A stretch of 64,000 nt of DNA, taken from the NCBI GenBank assembly GCA_964016885.1, contig OZ024747.1, positions 52,018,001 to 52,082,000 of the forward strand. The letters are read 5' to 3'. The DNA comes from Eledone cirrhosa. Its lineage: Eukaryota. Both the position numbers and the translations under genes were made by a program. The notes beneath the pieces are model-generated. The model had not been told where the DNA came from and made no database searches. It saw only the letters and a program-made list of their open reading frames with translations. Shown here in pieces: positions 42,300-58,258 of this stretch (its first letter is position 1; every line of letters begins with the position of its first letter).

Positions 42300-43379
42300 T
42301 ATATTATCGGATCGACAACTGATGGTTAGGAAAAAATAAAAGTTTCTGTGAGTGTACCCTAACTCGCTACATTTAGATTAGTTCGAAGATTGTAGATACA
42401 CGTTGATATAATTATATAATCATTCAGAAACCCACCCTAACCTCTGGTTCATAGCCGTACAGTTCTTCCACACTCTCTCTCTCTCTCTCTCTGTCATTTC
42501 TAGCACTACTACCGTAGCATCTGTCCTCGACTGGTCTCGTACCGCAACTTCTCAGGCATCCCTAACTCACTCATTTCTCTTCTTCCTCGTCTTTACGTCA
42601 CCTGTATTGTATCCAGGCTCACAGACCCTATACTATATATTATTAGCCATTATTCCCTCTGCAAACATAGTCTCCCTTAATTTCTCCTATTGCTTATATT
42701 TTTCCCCTTTGCCGAGGACTTGTAAACATTCAAAAGGAATGATTGCATCAATCTTAGAAGATTCGGATGAAAGTTAGCAAAAGCCAAAGACATAGCTTTC
42801 TCCTCAAGACAAAAGCAGGGAGCAGCACATACAAATATTTAATGTTTGATATCCTAGATCACATGCAGCCGGATTAGAAAGACATTCTTGAAAAGAGCAA
42901 AATAGCACGACAATATGTTTACAACAAAAACAAAAGTCCTTACTTGAAGATTACAAATTTTCCCAACAAACAGTCCCGCAGTAAAGATACCAAAAGTGAA
43001 AGATGAATAACCGAATTTATTTTTAAATATTTTCCGCAAAATCATTACAAAATGTTAAACATCAAACTATTAACAAAATAAGATAGAAGATTAATAGAAA
43101 ACCAAAGCAATAGTCCGCTCCATTTAACCCATTTTACCTTTTACTCGATGTTGATGCCTCATGAAATCACGATATTGATCGTCTTGGAAATATGTATAAC
43201 GGCTCAATTAATAAAGGACTTAACATCTACAACTTCACATTTTCCTCATTCTAATTATACATTCCGTCATACTTGTTTTGAAGAAGAAATATGACGTCGA
43301 GTTCTTGATTTGAATTGCACCCTTGCCTACCGAATACACACACACACACACACACACACATACACACACAGACACTCAC

Positions 43380-43429
<50 letters not shown>

Positions 43430-43471
43430 GCACACATAAACAGACATGCGCGCACACACACGTATATACAT

Positions 43472-43504
<33 letters not shown>

Positions 43505-43506
<2 letters not shown>

Positions 43507-44223
43507 CAAATATAATTTCAGCGAGATCGTATTTCGGCGGCGGCCAAAACAAAACGAAACGCAATTTTCGAGATATGCCGGCAAGCACTCAATGGGCTAG
43601 GAAGAAGCCAGAGCAATTAACATACGTTATAAGGGCCAGAAACATTATAAAAATGGCTGTGAATCGACAAGCCAGGCAGCCGAAAAAACGAGCCAATTAA
43701 ACAGGTTAACAAAAAACTTTTACCTGAACCTTCCTGGAACTTGGTGGCAAAATCCAGTGGGAGGTTTCTAAATCAAGTATAGTGTCTGCGTTCATTGTAA
43801 GCTTTTGGTATAATGATCGAACAAGGTAGACACTTTGTCAGCAGCTTTTTGCTCTCAACCGCCTACCAGGTTCAAATGAAGCATTAGTGAAGCCACTACC
43901 TCACGTGGTTACTCTGCTAAGGAGGTAACCCCTGTTTTTGGCGGATGCATTCAAAATTGTAAAGGAGTTGCAAAAAATTACAAAAACCTGCACAAATCGA
44001 AGTAAGCTCTCGACCGGGTTGTTTTTAAATAAACTTAAGCAATTAATCAGTCAATAGAATTGTCTAATTGAATTAATTAATTAAGTGCTAAGCCCGGGAG
44101 ATTAATACAAATATAATTTCAGCGAGATCGTATTTCGGTGGCGGCCAAAACAAAACGAAACGCAATTTCGGGATATGCCGGCAAGCGCTCAATAGACTAG
44201 GAAGAAGCCAGAGCAATTAACAT
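43505..44223. mobile_element. ~720 bp element bounded by ~118-bp direct repeats
   Basis: 43505-43623 and 44106-44223 are near-identical. Inserted among TA repeats. Confidence 0.7.
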
Positions 44224-44242
44224 TATATATATATATATAAAC

Positions 44243-44425
44243 GGGTGGATTGGCAGTATCGGTAGAGGGTCGGACGCCATGCTTTCCGCGCATAGTTACG
44301 TCCATTTACGGTCTGAGTTCAAATCCCGCCGAGGTTAACTTTGCCTTTCATCCTTACGGGGTCGATAAAATAAAGTACCAGTAATACACTGGTTTAATTG
44401 CTGGCCTTGTGCCAAAAGTAGAAAC

Positions 44426-44431
<6 letters not shown>
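44243..44431 (+). mobile_element. tRNA-derived SINE, family 1
   Basis: Consensus match. Confidence 0.9.
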
Positions 44432-44490
<59 letters not shown>

Positions 44491-44501
44491 AATATATATA
44501 T

Positions 44502-44539
<38 letters not shown>

Positions 44540-44686
44540 GCATATATGTATATATACATATATATATACATATATGCATATATATATACATATATATATA
44601 CATATATGCATATATATATACATATATGCATATATATATATATATATGCATATATATATATATATATGCATATATATATACATATA

Positions 44687-44745
<59 letters not shown>

Positions 44746-44786
44746 GTATGTATGTATATATATAGATATAGATATATGTATATATG

Positions 44787-45037
<251 letters not shown>

Positions 45038-45229
45038 ATACGCACACATACACTCATACACACACACAGCTTTTCTTTGTTTACTCTGAAATATTATTCT
45101 AATTAAAGAGAGGAATATTGTAATTTTAATTATATAAACGGTATAAAGCATAATGAAATATTCATTGATCGTCTGTCTAGTTCACACATCTTTAGACTGA
45201 GCTGGGGCTGTGTTTAGGTCTTTGTTGTT

Positions 45230-45882
<653 letters not shown>

Positions 45883-45958
45883 GATTACTACCATTTTTAT
45901 TATCAATAGTATTAATACTAGTATGGTATGTTATTTGTTATTATAATATATTATTATT

Positions 45959-46122
45959 GTCGGACGCCATGCTTTCCAGCACAGTTACGTCCCTTTACGG
46001 TCTGAGTTCAAATCCCGCCAAGGTTAACTTTGCCTTTTATCCTTACGGGGGTCGATAAAATAAAGTACCAGTAATGCACTGGGATAATTGCTGGCCTTGT
46101 GCCAAAAGTAAAAACAATTATT
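45959..46122 (+). mobile_element. 5'-truncated family 1 SINE
   Basis: Consensus match. Confidence 0.85.
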
Positions 46123-46395
46123 ATTGTTATTATAAACATTGTTACTGTGTCCCCCTACCGGAATGGGATCTATGAGATATGACATAACTAGAACTTCTAG
46201 AAGTCTTTCCTTTATCAATTACTGCGGCGGCTCCTCTTTACGTCCACAGAATTAGCGAAAAGTTTCAATTTCAAAAAACAAAAAGTCAGACATTTTAAGT
46301 GTGAATATTATAACACAAAGAAACATACTATCTGCTCTCCACACTCTCGCCTCTCACTATCTCTTACTCTATGTATGTATATATGTATGTATGTG

Positions 46396-46761
46396 TCTCT
46401 TTCTCTTAATTTCGAGTATATTTTTTGGACCGGCCACCATCCTGGTGGCAAGGTTGTAAAGGAAAAGAAATTGTCATCCCTTGAATCGCAAGAATGTTTT
46501 GAAAATTTTGAAGGTGCCAGCTATCGCAGCCATTTGTAGTCTATGAATTAGGGAGCTGCGCTTTTTGTCCGCAAATCCAAGTTCAGTCATACTTTGGTCC
46601 AAGCGGGTTGGTATATAACCCGTAGCTCCAATAATGATGGGTATGAAGCTAAAGGTGTATCTTGGATACTGGATTTGTAAACTCCTCATCAATGGTCCGT
46701 AGATGTCCTCCTTCTCCTGTATTTTTCTGACAACGTTTACATCAAGTGGGCAGCTGATCTC
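46396..46761 (-). mobile_element. R4/Dong-like (REL-type) non-LTR retrotransposon 3' fragment
   Basis: Minus: EISCPLDVNVVRKIQEKEDIYGPLMRSLQIQYPRYTFSFIPIIIGATGYIP..LGF..LQMAAIAGTFKIFKTF, a REL C-terminal pattern. Embedded in (TACA)n. Confidence 0.75.
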
Positions 46762-47251
46762 TGTATGTATGTATGTATGTATGTATGTATGTATGTATGT
46801 ATGTATGTATGTATGTATGTATGTATGTATGTATGTATGTATGTATTTATGTATTTATAAGTGTATATACATGGGTGCATGTGTATGCATATGCCAGGGG
46901 ACATAGAAATAGTCGGGCTGGACACCCGATCGTGCGGTTAAACCACTAGGAGTGAAGGACCTCTAGCCTTTGTCAGGGCATTCTTCTAGAAGGCAACTCA
47001 GGAAACTGGGATAACTCCGATATAAAACCTGCGGCTCAGTAGTTACCGATGATGTTGATCTTTTCTTCTTTTCGGGTTATAGCTACTGTAGCTCAGAGAG
47101 TGGGATTGGCTCAGTGCACAGTCTTTCCTCACTTTAAAAAATATCTTTACGCACAGGCATTGCACGATAGAATTAATTACTAATTATTAATAATGGTATA
47201 TCGTGAAATGGCCATACTCGATAACGAGGGGGGAAGCCATCATCATGTCTG

Positions 47252-47282
<31 letters not shown>

Positions 47283-47484
47283 TCCTCTGGTTTTATAATT
47301 TTATAAAGTTTGCCAATAGAGAGAGGGTCGGTTTCTAACATAGATACAAGACTCTCTCATTGGAATTTAAACACATCAACTAAGTAGATATGTATGTATG
47401 TCTACATGCATGTGTGTGTGCAAGTGTGGATGTTATTGTATGTTTGAATGTGGATGTTTATGTATGTAAGTACGCATGTATGTC

Positions 47485-47560
<76 letters not shown>

Positions 47561-47633
47561 TACATAAGCATGTAGGTAATCTCTCGTTCTCTCCCTCACG
47601 CATCTGTTGGTTTTCACTTCAATTTATTATAAA

Positions 47634-48269
47634 CTAGCAGTGGTACCCGGCGTTACACAGGATAATGTATTTTGGAACGCGGGCCGCCAACAGACCTAAT
47701 CATGGAAAAACTGCATGCCTGGACAATATGTAAAGAAAATAAACCGAATACTCTGATGGCTGGATAATCTCTAAGATTTTACTCGATGAAGTTGGAAAAA
47801 TGCAGGTTTTCACCTAATGCGAGGCCTAGGGAATCAAGAAAATGAATTTTTTTTATGTGCATAATATGCCTTGAAATTTCGGGAAAATAGGCTAGACGTA
47901 ACGCCTCAAAAAAGCCATAAAAAGCTGAAAAAAATGAAGTTTTTCACCTAATGCGGGCCCTAGGCCATAAAAAAGCTCGATTTTCTTTCCTCGCGGTATG
48001 AGGAAGAGACTGACTAATACATAGTTACAATTTCAAGGAAATCGGTCTGACGTAACGCCTCAAAAAACCCATAAAAGCTGAAAAAAACGCAGTTTTTCAC
48101 CTAATGTTAGGGGATCAAAAAGTTGAATTTTAAGTGCATAACACTCCCTGAAACATAAGTAATACACATGTAAAGTTTGAAAAATAATCGGTTGGATACT
48201 TCTCGAGTTTTAGGGATTCAAACTCACAGACACACACAGACAGACATCAGTCGGTTTTATATATATAGA
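47634..48269 (-). mobile_element. Non-autonomous Helitron (second copy)
   Basis: Reverse complement of 33629-34262. Homology extends ~80 bp further, to ~48349. Confidence 0.85.
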
Positions 48270-48920
48270 CTAGCAGAAAACTACCCGGTGGGCGGTTTTC
48301 TGCTAGCAAATCTAGTGTATATTTGTTGAGATTTGGATGAGAAATGTTTGATGATGGTGATATATATATGGCTAGGTTTGCATGCGTACGCGCGTTTATA
48401 TAAATGTATTTGTCTTTGTGTGACCGCGCGTGTGCGTATATACATATGTCTGTTCTTATGTGTGTATGTGTGAAAGTATGTGTGTGTATCTGTATGTAGG
48501 CCTGTGATTAGGTTATCGCTAAAAAAGTTTTTAAACCTTAAACGTGAAATGTATCCTCGGGGTCGATAAAATAAAGTACCAGTAATACATTGGGATAATT
48601 GCTGGCCTTGTGCCTAAAGTAGAAACAATTATTAATACCAGTCTGATGCGTAGTTTTCAGAAGTGAGTCTAATATATTTAAGGTCTTAAAGCTTATCTGT
48701 AAGACTTCTCTCTAAGCTGCTAGCAAGGATTAAAACACGGTTTGTACTTTAAACTTATTACCCAGTAAATACTGGCTTTAAAATCCTACATATGCGAGCT
48801 AATTAGCTTTCTTCAGGATTCGTCCAACATATCACGTGACTATAATGAAAGTTTGCTGGTGTTACACTAGTGATGGTTTTTTATGGTACCAATTTGATTG
48901 CTCTTGTGTGTGTGTGTGTG

Positions 48921-48955
<35 letters not shown>

Positions 48956-49327
48956 TTCAGAGAAAAGAGTAAAATCTATGATATTTGTATAATTACCCTA
49001 GATTGGTCATCATCATGCTATAGTAAAATACACTGTATAACACTGTTATTCACTGTTATACTTGCTCTAAAACTACACAGTTATACACCTGCGCTAATAT
49101 ATTTAAAACTAATTCTATGCTAATTAATTTTGCTGTTTAACAACAACATTAATGTCTGCTATTTTTCAACGTTGAATAACAATAATTTTATGGAAAATAT
49201 TTATTCATTATATTTCATATCTTTTCTAAGATATATATATATATATATATAGTAATAATAATAAATTTGAAGACTAAAATCTGTTAATTTAATAAATATA
49301 TATATACACAATATATATATATATATA

Positions 49328-49542
49328 CACAATATATTAATAAATGGAAACTATATTTATAAAACCATATTTATTTTATTATATATATTTCAAGGACAAC
49401 CAAGGCAAATTATGGTGCGCTTTCATCAGATAAAATACAGATTTGTTTTATAAATAAATATTGACATACCCGGAAAAAAAGACAACCTTAACGTTTGGAG
49501 CTTCCTGGATAGCTATCCAGTAAGCTCCAACCGTTAAGTTTG
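49328..49542 (-). mobile_element. Family A pLTR fragment with short terminal fold-back; hammerhead at 49372-49437
   Basis: Homologous to 3272-3452. CTGGATAG|CTATCCAG inversion centre ~49512. Confidence 0.8.
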
Positions 49543-49727
49543 ATATTTTTCTAATAAAATATGGACATTTTGAAATAATTATGAGAAAAAATATATATCT
49601 TCATATGTATTGTTTACTAATCAGAATAGGAACAGCAGTAACCCGGACAACCCGGGTAATTCAGTTAGTATATATACGTTTTCTCGACGATCGATTTGGA
49701 GCGCGAGTGTATTAGAATTCATAGACT

Positions 49728-49897
49728 AATTGTTTCTAATTTTGGCACAAGGCCAGCAATTACCCAGTGCATTACTGGTACTTTATTTTATCGGTCCCGT
49801 AAGGATGAAAAGCAAAGTTAACCTCAGCGGGATTTGAAATCAGAACATAAAGGGCGACAACTCTATGCTGCAAAGCATGGTTACTAAGGCTCTACCG
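49728..49897 (-). mobile_element. tRNA-derived SINE, family 1
   Basis: Consensus match. Confidence 0.8.
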
Positions 49898-50095
49898 ATG
49901 AGAACTCAACGCAAGAAAGCTGTTAAAATCGCAAAATGCCGTCAATGGCTGCGTCGGGTAAAATTTACCTCAGAGGATAGAAATATATATGTGTGTGTGT
50001 GTGTGTGTGTAAAAGGTAAACAGAAACAACTACACAATCGGTACAGTATATGGAAGGGATATATTAGGTTAACGCTTGATATAGCAGGAAGAGGG

Positions 50096-50131
50096 TCTTA
50101 ACGTTTCAGACGCTAGTCCTTTATCAGAAGA
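50096..50131 (-). ncRNA. Minimal hammerhead motif (family B), one core mutation
   Basis: Minus: TCTT-CTGATAA-A-GGAC-TAGC-GTCT-GAAA-CG-TT-AAGA. Confidence 0.55.
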
Positions 50132-50205
50132 AAGAATGAGAAATAAAATAGATTAAGAGGACGGGAACAGATTAAATTTTAAGCAAAGAATCTTCACATT
50201 TATTA

Positions 50206-50246
<41 letters not shown>

Positions 50247-50249
50247 TAA

Positions 50250-50363
<114 letters not shown>

Positions 50364-50558
50364 TACGTGATTTCTTACATGTATCACCGATGTATGAGAT
50401 GTTACGAACTTGGTGAATGAAACATAAGTAATGATACATATTTGCTATTTTTACGTGAAATATCTTGCCAGATCGAAGATATTGAATACGTTGTGATACA
50501 TCTTTCATCTGGTCTCTTACTCTGTGATATTTGATGATCTCATGTCGAGCTGAGAGTG

Positions 50559-50592
<34 letters not shown>

Positions 50593-50595
<3 letters not shown>

Positions 50596-50852
50596 ATCAA
50601 AAGATGGTTAAATGAGTTCCATGTATTTTATTATGCGCATTTCAAAAACAAATATCATCATGCAATAACATTTGTGTTTTCATCAGATAAAATAGGAAGA
50701 CATGATATGAAGGTTAAAAACACTTGTGAATAGTGCAGTTTTAAATCAACATATGATCTTATATATTATGTATACTCCAGTCCTACAAACTGTAGAGTGC
50801 TTCTTATCCGATATCTGCATTGCTTTATTGTACTACAATAAAACTCACCTCC

Positions 50853-50857
<5 letters not shown>
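50593..50857 (-). mobile_element. Family C element; hammerhead at 50624-50694
   Basis: Minus: TATTTTAT-CTGATGA-AAACACAAATGTTA..TGATATTTGTTTTT-GAAA-TGCGCA-TA-ATAAAATA. Confidence 0.8.
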
Positions 50858-50932
<75 letters not shown>

Positions 50933-51807
50933 TCCCATTTACGTCAATTTTTCGTATTTTATGAAAGTATTTTTCCATTCAGAGGGTTTTTAGGAATCTC
51001 CACTAACAGACTAACTTTATTAAGCCAAATACGGCGTAAGCACATGATTCTACCTTAGTTTCATATATATATATTTATATGATGGCTGCAAATTCACGCT
51101 AAGAGTATTGCAATGACTTGTCAGATTCAGATGTATGACGCTTGAACATGACTTTTCAAGTCTGCTAGAGACTTGGACTCCTTCGTACATCGACGACAAC
51201 TATGGATCTCCCTGGCGTCAGCTCTTGCATCAGGTTGCCTGTGAACCTTCACGTATATAGATAGATGGATAGAGAGACAGATAAACATTCCAAGTCTGAA
51301 AACAGTCGATTTCTTCCTGAAAAAGAAAAAGAAAGTTGGTGAGAGAGAAAGAGAGTGAGGAAAATATTGACTCTAGTGCTAGAGTGGGTAATTATTTATC
51401 GACCTCCAAAAGATGAAATGCAAGGTTGATCTTTGAACCGGAACAAATACTGAAAACCTTTTTATCCGACACACTTGTGGAAACAAAACCCTATTTGTAT
51501 TCTACTTTCCATCATTTGGTCACATCTGTTATTATAGATATTTCAATCTAGGGCAATGTTACACATTGATAACTTGGCTCTTTTTACTGACTAAAGAAAC
51601 GTATACAAATATTTTTTTATGCAAGTATAGTTATCTATATTTCTACTTATGCTAATATGTATACTCTTTTACTCTTTTACCTGTTCCAGCCATCCAGCTG
51701 AGGTCATGCTGGGGCACCACCCTTGTATAGGTACATCTTTGAAATAAAATTTCTAGTTTAGGTGTAAAGTGCACCAAAATATGTTTTGTTATTAGTATAA
51801 AGGTGAA

Positions 51808-52060
51808 GGTGCGTGGCTGAGTTGTTAGAGAATTGGATTCGCAATATTGATCTTGTGAGTTTGATTTCCGTACCGGGCGACGCGTTATGTCATTGAACAA
51901 GATACTTTATTTCACGTTGGTCCTTCTGCCTGGATTTGCGACCAATAGATAGTATTAGCAATTGGAAAGACCAATGGAAACGTTCTTCCTCATTCCAATT
52001 TGATGAGCTCCATCCCACTCTTTAAGCGAATGGGGTATGAGATGTTGTCAATCGACTGGT
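51808..52060 (+). mobile_element. tRNA-derived SINE, family 2
   Basis: Homologous to 10845-11062. Confidence 0.75.
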
Positions 52061-53284
52061 ATATATATATATATATTAGTATAAAGAGCACCGTTAATAA
52101 AAGATGGTCTGGGTACCACTGATATAGGGTATAGTTCTGCCTCTGAAAATATGTTTTTTACATTATGATCTACCATTCTTAATCTATTATTCTAACATCA
52201 AACATAAATCGCTGTGCTGTTTAGATTAACCTTGAATGCCTTTTGAAAATGTGACCTACTTCTTCTCATTATCTATCCACCCCACACCACCCCACTTCAT
52301 ACCATATTTTGTGGGTAGGTGAAGGAAGGTGTATTGTTGTTTATGAAGCAGTCATTGAAAGCACTTAACATATTTTCTTAGATGTTTAGTCAGAAGATGG
52401 CCTGAAATTGAACTAACTTTGACAAACATGCTTTCAAAAGATTGGTGCTCATTGTTTATTATCTATGAACCAAATATCCGATTTCTTATAACCATAATGA
52501 TAGACACAATTTCGGCAAGAGAATGATTGAGAATGAATGGACGAATTACTCTAGGACACATTCTGCATGAAAATTAAATAGGTAAGTCAGTGCTTATTGA
52601 GCCAAGCATCTTTAATTGCTTATAGTCATGATGCCATATATATATTCATCAGAAAATGAAGGACTTTAAAGTAGAAGCAAATTACCCAGAGGTGTTTTCT
52701 GCATTAAAAAGAAATAGTTACGTCCATACGCACAAGATTAATATAGTAAGACAAACCAATTTAATTACTTTAGTTAAAATTAAACACATAGTGAGGGGAC
52801 ACGTTGTACTAATAATTAGTTCTGGTGATGAAAGATGTGAGAGGGAATTAAAACATTTTAATGAATCAAGGTTAGAATTTTTGAAGAGTGTTGGGATCAG
52901 GATCATAAAGTCGTGTGTTCAATTCCTGGAACTGCCGGCGCATTATGTTCTTGACTAGGGTGTTTCATTTGACGATGATAGACCTGGGACCTTTGTCATA
53001 ACCCCCCCCCCCCCCCTAAGAAACCTCATATGAGATACAACCTCGTAAGAGGCCAGCTAATCCTACATAAGTGTAAACATTCAATATCATTTTGTTTTGT
53101 TTTTTTTATTTTTCATTTAATATTTTTGGGGTGTTATCATTATTAACATTTTCTAATGCAATTTAGAACCAATTTACTATAATGTCTGCAATAACCTAAT
53201 TTATTGAGACTCGGATCAAAGGGAACAAGATTATTAATGTGATTTATAAAAGACATTTTGGTAGATTTTTAATGGGAACTGTAA

Positions 53285-53412
53285 TATTGTTTCTACTTTT
53301 GGCACGGGGCCAACAATTATCACAATGCATTACTGGTATTTTATTTTATCGACCCCGTAAAGGGCCGTAACTCCATGCTTCAAAGCATGGCGTCCGACCC
53401 TCTACCGATACT
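53285..53412 (-). mobile_element. Internally deleted family 1 SINE
   Basis: Head and tail match; the B-box region is missing. Confidence 0.75.
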
Positions 53413-54111
53413 TTATATTTAAGTTAGAAAGGTTAACGTAACATCTGTCCATTAAAAGAGTCCATCACTTTGGTATATATAAATGTGTTGGCCTTCTACC
53501 TAAACTATCAATATTTATATGTTTGTTTGTTTTGTTTGTTTTATTTGATATTCAGTTTTCTGAATATCTTCTCTGGGAAGAGAAAGTAGATTAAATCAAT
53601 CCCACTACCTGGGTGGTAATATATTTTATTGTCACGGGAAAAAATTAAAGGCAAAGTTTACCTAGGTTTGATTTGAACTCACAATGTAAAGAGCCAGAAA
53701 AACTGACGCTCGACCGATTTTTTCAATCCAACACCGAAAAAACCTTCTAAATGTGAAATTAATTTAATCTGTTGAGGAAGAGTAGATCCTAAAAGATTTC
53801 TTGTTCATTCTTAACTGGTGTAAATATTAACGGTAAGCAGATAACAAAATTGTAGGTATACCTCAAGTTCAGGTCGACACCATCAATACATTGAATTATA
53901 ACTATATATTTGTAACATTTTTTTTCTGCTTTTCCGCCAGTCTATTTTCAATAGATTTTGGAGCTATGTATGGCTTTACATATATTAAAGAATAATACGT
54001 CTATATGCTTATATGTAGGTTTATGTATATCCGGACTGTATGGATGTTTCTCGGATAAGTCTTAATACGAAGCAATGCGTTAAGATATTTTATGAAAGTA
54101 TTTTTATGTAG

Positions 54112-54167
<56 letters not shown>

Positions 54168-54238
54168 GTTATATACATGTATGTATGTGTTTGTGTGTAG
54201 GATATTCTTTAATATGAGTGCTTCTCTCTCCCTCTCTC

Positions 54239-54326
<88 letters not shown>

Positions 54327-54483
54327 ATGGATAGGTATAGATAGATACCAAGGTATGGTGCAGATATAAATATATAGATCATTGTATACATAATCTATAG
54401 CATTTATATAGACAATCTGCATATATGTCCTTGCATACAGAATTTCATAAATATAATTATGAAAACCTTTCCTCTCCCCCTCA

Positions 54484-54514
<31 letters not shown>

Positions 54515-55090
54515 CATACATATATTCTACTTGCATTTAAATATGTATCAAGATGCATGTGTACATACATACATACATACATACATACACACATCCATAC
54601 ATACACACACACATACATACATATAATCATTCAAGCATTTTCTGCGTTGGGCTTCTTGTAGTTAAGTCTGCATACAAAATGGCAAAGTTTTATTAGTGAG
54701 GTGGAAGCATGCTTTGCTCTGTTGCTTCGAATAGAAAACTCATATATATATGAAAAACAAACACAAAATTCCTTTGCAACAACAACAATAAGAGCAACAA
54801 CAACCAGAACAGAAAAAGTAACAACAACAGCAACAACAATGTTATTTTATAAATAAAATAACGGTAGAAAGAGCAGTAAAAAGCATATAGGATTAAAATG
54901 CTAATATTTGATGTAGCGAGTGTAGTGAAGATCTAACGATTTCCCACTGTATCTGCTGACCATTGGAGAAATAGAATCAAGGGAAAGTAATACTGACGAA
55001 GGAAAGAGAGAAAAATATCGTAGTAAAAGATAAGATTAAAAAAAAGAAGAATCTATGTAAGGGAGTTATAGTGCCTAAGAAGGAAATGAT

Positions 55091-55193
<103 letters not shown>

Positions 55194-55368
55194 AAATAGA
55201 TAGATAAATATGTATATATGTATATATATGTATTTATATGTATATATATATATATATACATGCATATACATATAAATATATGTTATATATATTATATATA
55301 TATAATATATTATATATATATATATAATAAATTTCCACGCACACACACACACACAAACACACACAGAC

Positions 55369-55420
<52 letters not shown>

Positions 55421-55749
55421 TGATAGAGATATATGTGTAGGGAGAGGTGTTTGACAGGAGGGACTCTGTGAGTGTTGGAAGAAATAGGATATCAAAAAGG
55501 TAAAGCAGTGAAAATAAGAGAAGGGAAACATTGGCAGATGAATAAATAAATAAATAAACAGATAAATAAATACATGAATAAATAAACACATAAAAGTATA
55601 TATAAAATATAAATATATAAATAAGAGAAGAAATAAATAGAGAAAGGTAGGGATGGAATACAGAAGGTATTAAAAATGTCCAAGATTATTGCATTATTAT
55701 TCAAGCATATTCCCAAACACAAACAGAGACACGCACACACATACACACA

Positions 55750-55822
<73 letters not shown>

Positions 55823-55833
55823 ATGTATAAGTT

Positions 55834-55880
<47 letters not shown>

Positions 55881-55942
55881 ATGTATAAGTTTATATACAT
55901 ATATATATATATATATACATACATACTTACACACACATACAT

Positions 55943-55993
<51 letters not shown>

Positions 55994-56077
55994 CACACAC
56001 ATATATATATATATATATATACACATACACACACACATATATATATATATACATATATATATGTGTATGTATAAGTT

Positions 56078-56119
<42 letters not shown>

Positions 56120-56199
56120 TATACACATACACACACACATATATATATATATATACATACATACATACACACACATACATACACACATACACACACACA

Positions 56200-56230
<31 letters not shown>

Positions 56231-56488
56231 TAGTTTATATATACTTTTATATTTATGTAAGAATGTGTGTATTTGAAAGCTATGCTGTGCGCAAATCTAT
56301 TACAAGATTACATATTTTTATGTATATAAACACAAATATTTCTGTACACCCGCACTATGATGGCATAGGTATATACATACATACATTTATTTATGTGTGT
56401 GTGTGTGGGAGGGGGGGGGTATGTATGTGTGTATATATTTATATTTATATGCCCATGAATGTAGGTATGCTTATATGTATGCAAATAT

Positions 56489-56537
<49 letters not shown>

Positions 56538-56560
56538 TGTATATATACACACTCACACAG

Positions 56561-56629
<69 letters not shown>

Positions 56630-56914
56630 TATGTGTGAGTGTATACATATTTATATATATAAATGTATGTATATGCATTTACATATATATGCATACACAT
56701 GTGAGTATATATACGATTGTGTGCATGTATGTGTATGTGAATGTGTGTGTGTGTGTTGTTATTAAACTCACATAGCTCTCACTCAATGTATACATCTACT
56801 ACTGTGTAAAGTTCAGTCTATCTTCAGCTATGCACAGCTTTCTGACAGTTGCATTTTTACGCACGTGTTAAGGAGAATAATCAAAGCAGAGAGAGGTAGC
56901 TACTGAGTAGCACT

Positions 56915-56986
<72 letters not shown>

Positions 56987-57028
56987 TGTAGATAGATAGA
57001 TAGATAGATAGGTAGGTAGATAGGTAGA

Positions 57029-57735
57029 TATGTTTCTTTATTAGCCACAGGGGCACACAAGAAGGGGACAAATACAAAGGGGGAAGTTTACATGCAATAG
57101 AAACGTGTAAAATACTATCACAAATACAATTTAAAAAACAATTGATTTTTCCCCAATAGGGGGAGACATTGCATATGGGTAACACATACCCCCGAGAAAA
57201 ATGTGCAACCCTCATCTCCAGCAGTACGAAGAGTGAGTAACCCCTTCCTCTCTTCCTCTTTTTCCTCAACCTACAGGCTGATATAGAGAGAAGGCCCATT
57301 CACTCGGGCCATTCTCGCCACTTTCACCCACCAGATAGATAATTTTCTTTTTATTTGCCACCAGGGCATCAAAAGTGGGACAAGTACAATGGGGGGAGTT
57401 TACAAAACAAGGCGTCCTCAATAAGGAGGAGGCAATAACAAAGTATAAAAATAAAATACAATATAACAAAATAAATTTTATAACAAAATCCTCAATAGGG
57501 AGGAGGCGCCTTGGGGGGTCGCACACACCCCCGAAAAAAAGTGTGCAACCCTTCTCCTCAGGAGCACAGAGAGGGGGTGATCCCTTGATCTTTCATCTTC
57601 CTCAACTTACAGGCTGATATAGAGAGAAGGCCCATTCACTCGGGCCATTCTCGCCACTTTCACCCACCTTTCATAAAATTTGCTGGGGTATAGCACCTCT
57701 CTCTCCATCCTGATTCTTCTTCCAAAGGTAGATAG

Positions 57736-57767
<32 letters not shown>

Positions 57768-57925
57768 GTTTCTTTTATTTGCCACAAGGGCATCAAAAGT
57801 GGGACAAGTACAATGGGGGGAGTTTACAAAACAAGGCGTCCTCAATAGGGAGGAGGCAATAACAATATATAAAAATAAAATAAAATATAACAAAAAATAG
57901 AATTATAACAAAATCCTCAATAGAG
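57029..57925 (-). mobile_element. Three tandem 3' fragments of a Tx1/L1-like LINE in (GATA)n
   Basis: Minus 57725-57607 reads GRRIRMEREVLYPSKFYERWVKVARMARVNGPSLYISL*, a Tx1-like ORF2 C-terminus. Each copy ends in AATAAA..-(TATC)n. Confidence 0.7.
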
Positions 57926-57950
57926 GATTTTGTTATAAAATATAACAAAA

Positions 57951-58056
<106 letters not shown>

Positions 58057-58177
58057 GGATGGATAGAGAGAGAGAGAGATTGATATGTATACATAGATAA
58101 ATTGATATATATATATATGTATATATAATAATAAGTTGACGGGACTAGCATGGGTTTCACTGCTAGAATCGGTTGGT

Positions 58178-58258
<81 letters not shown>

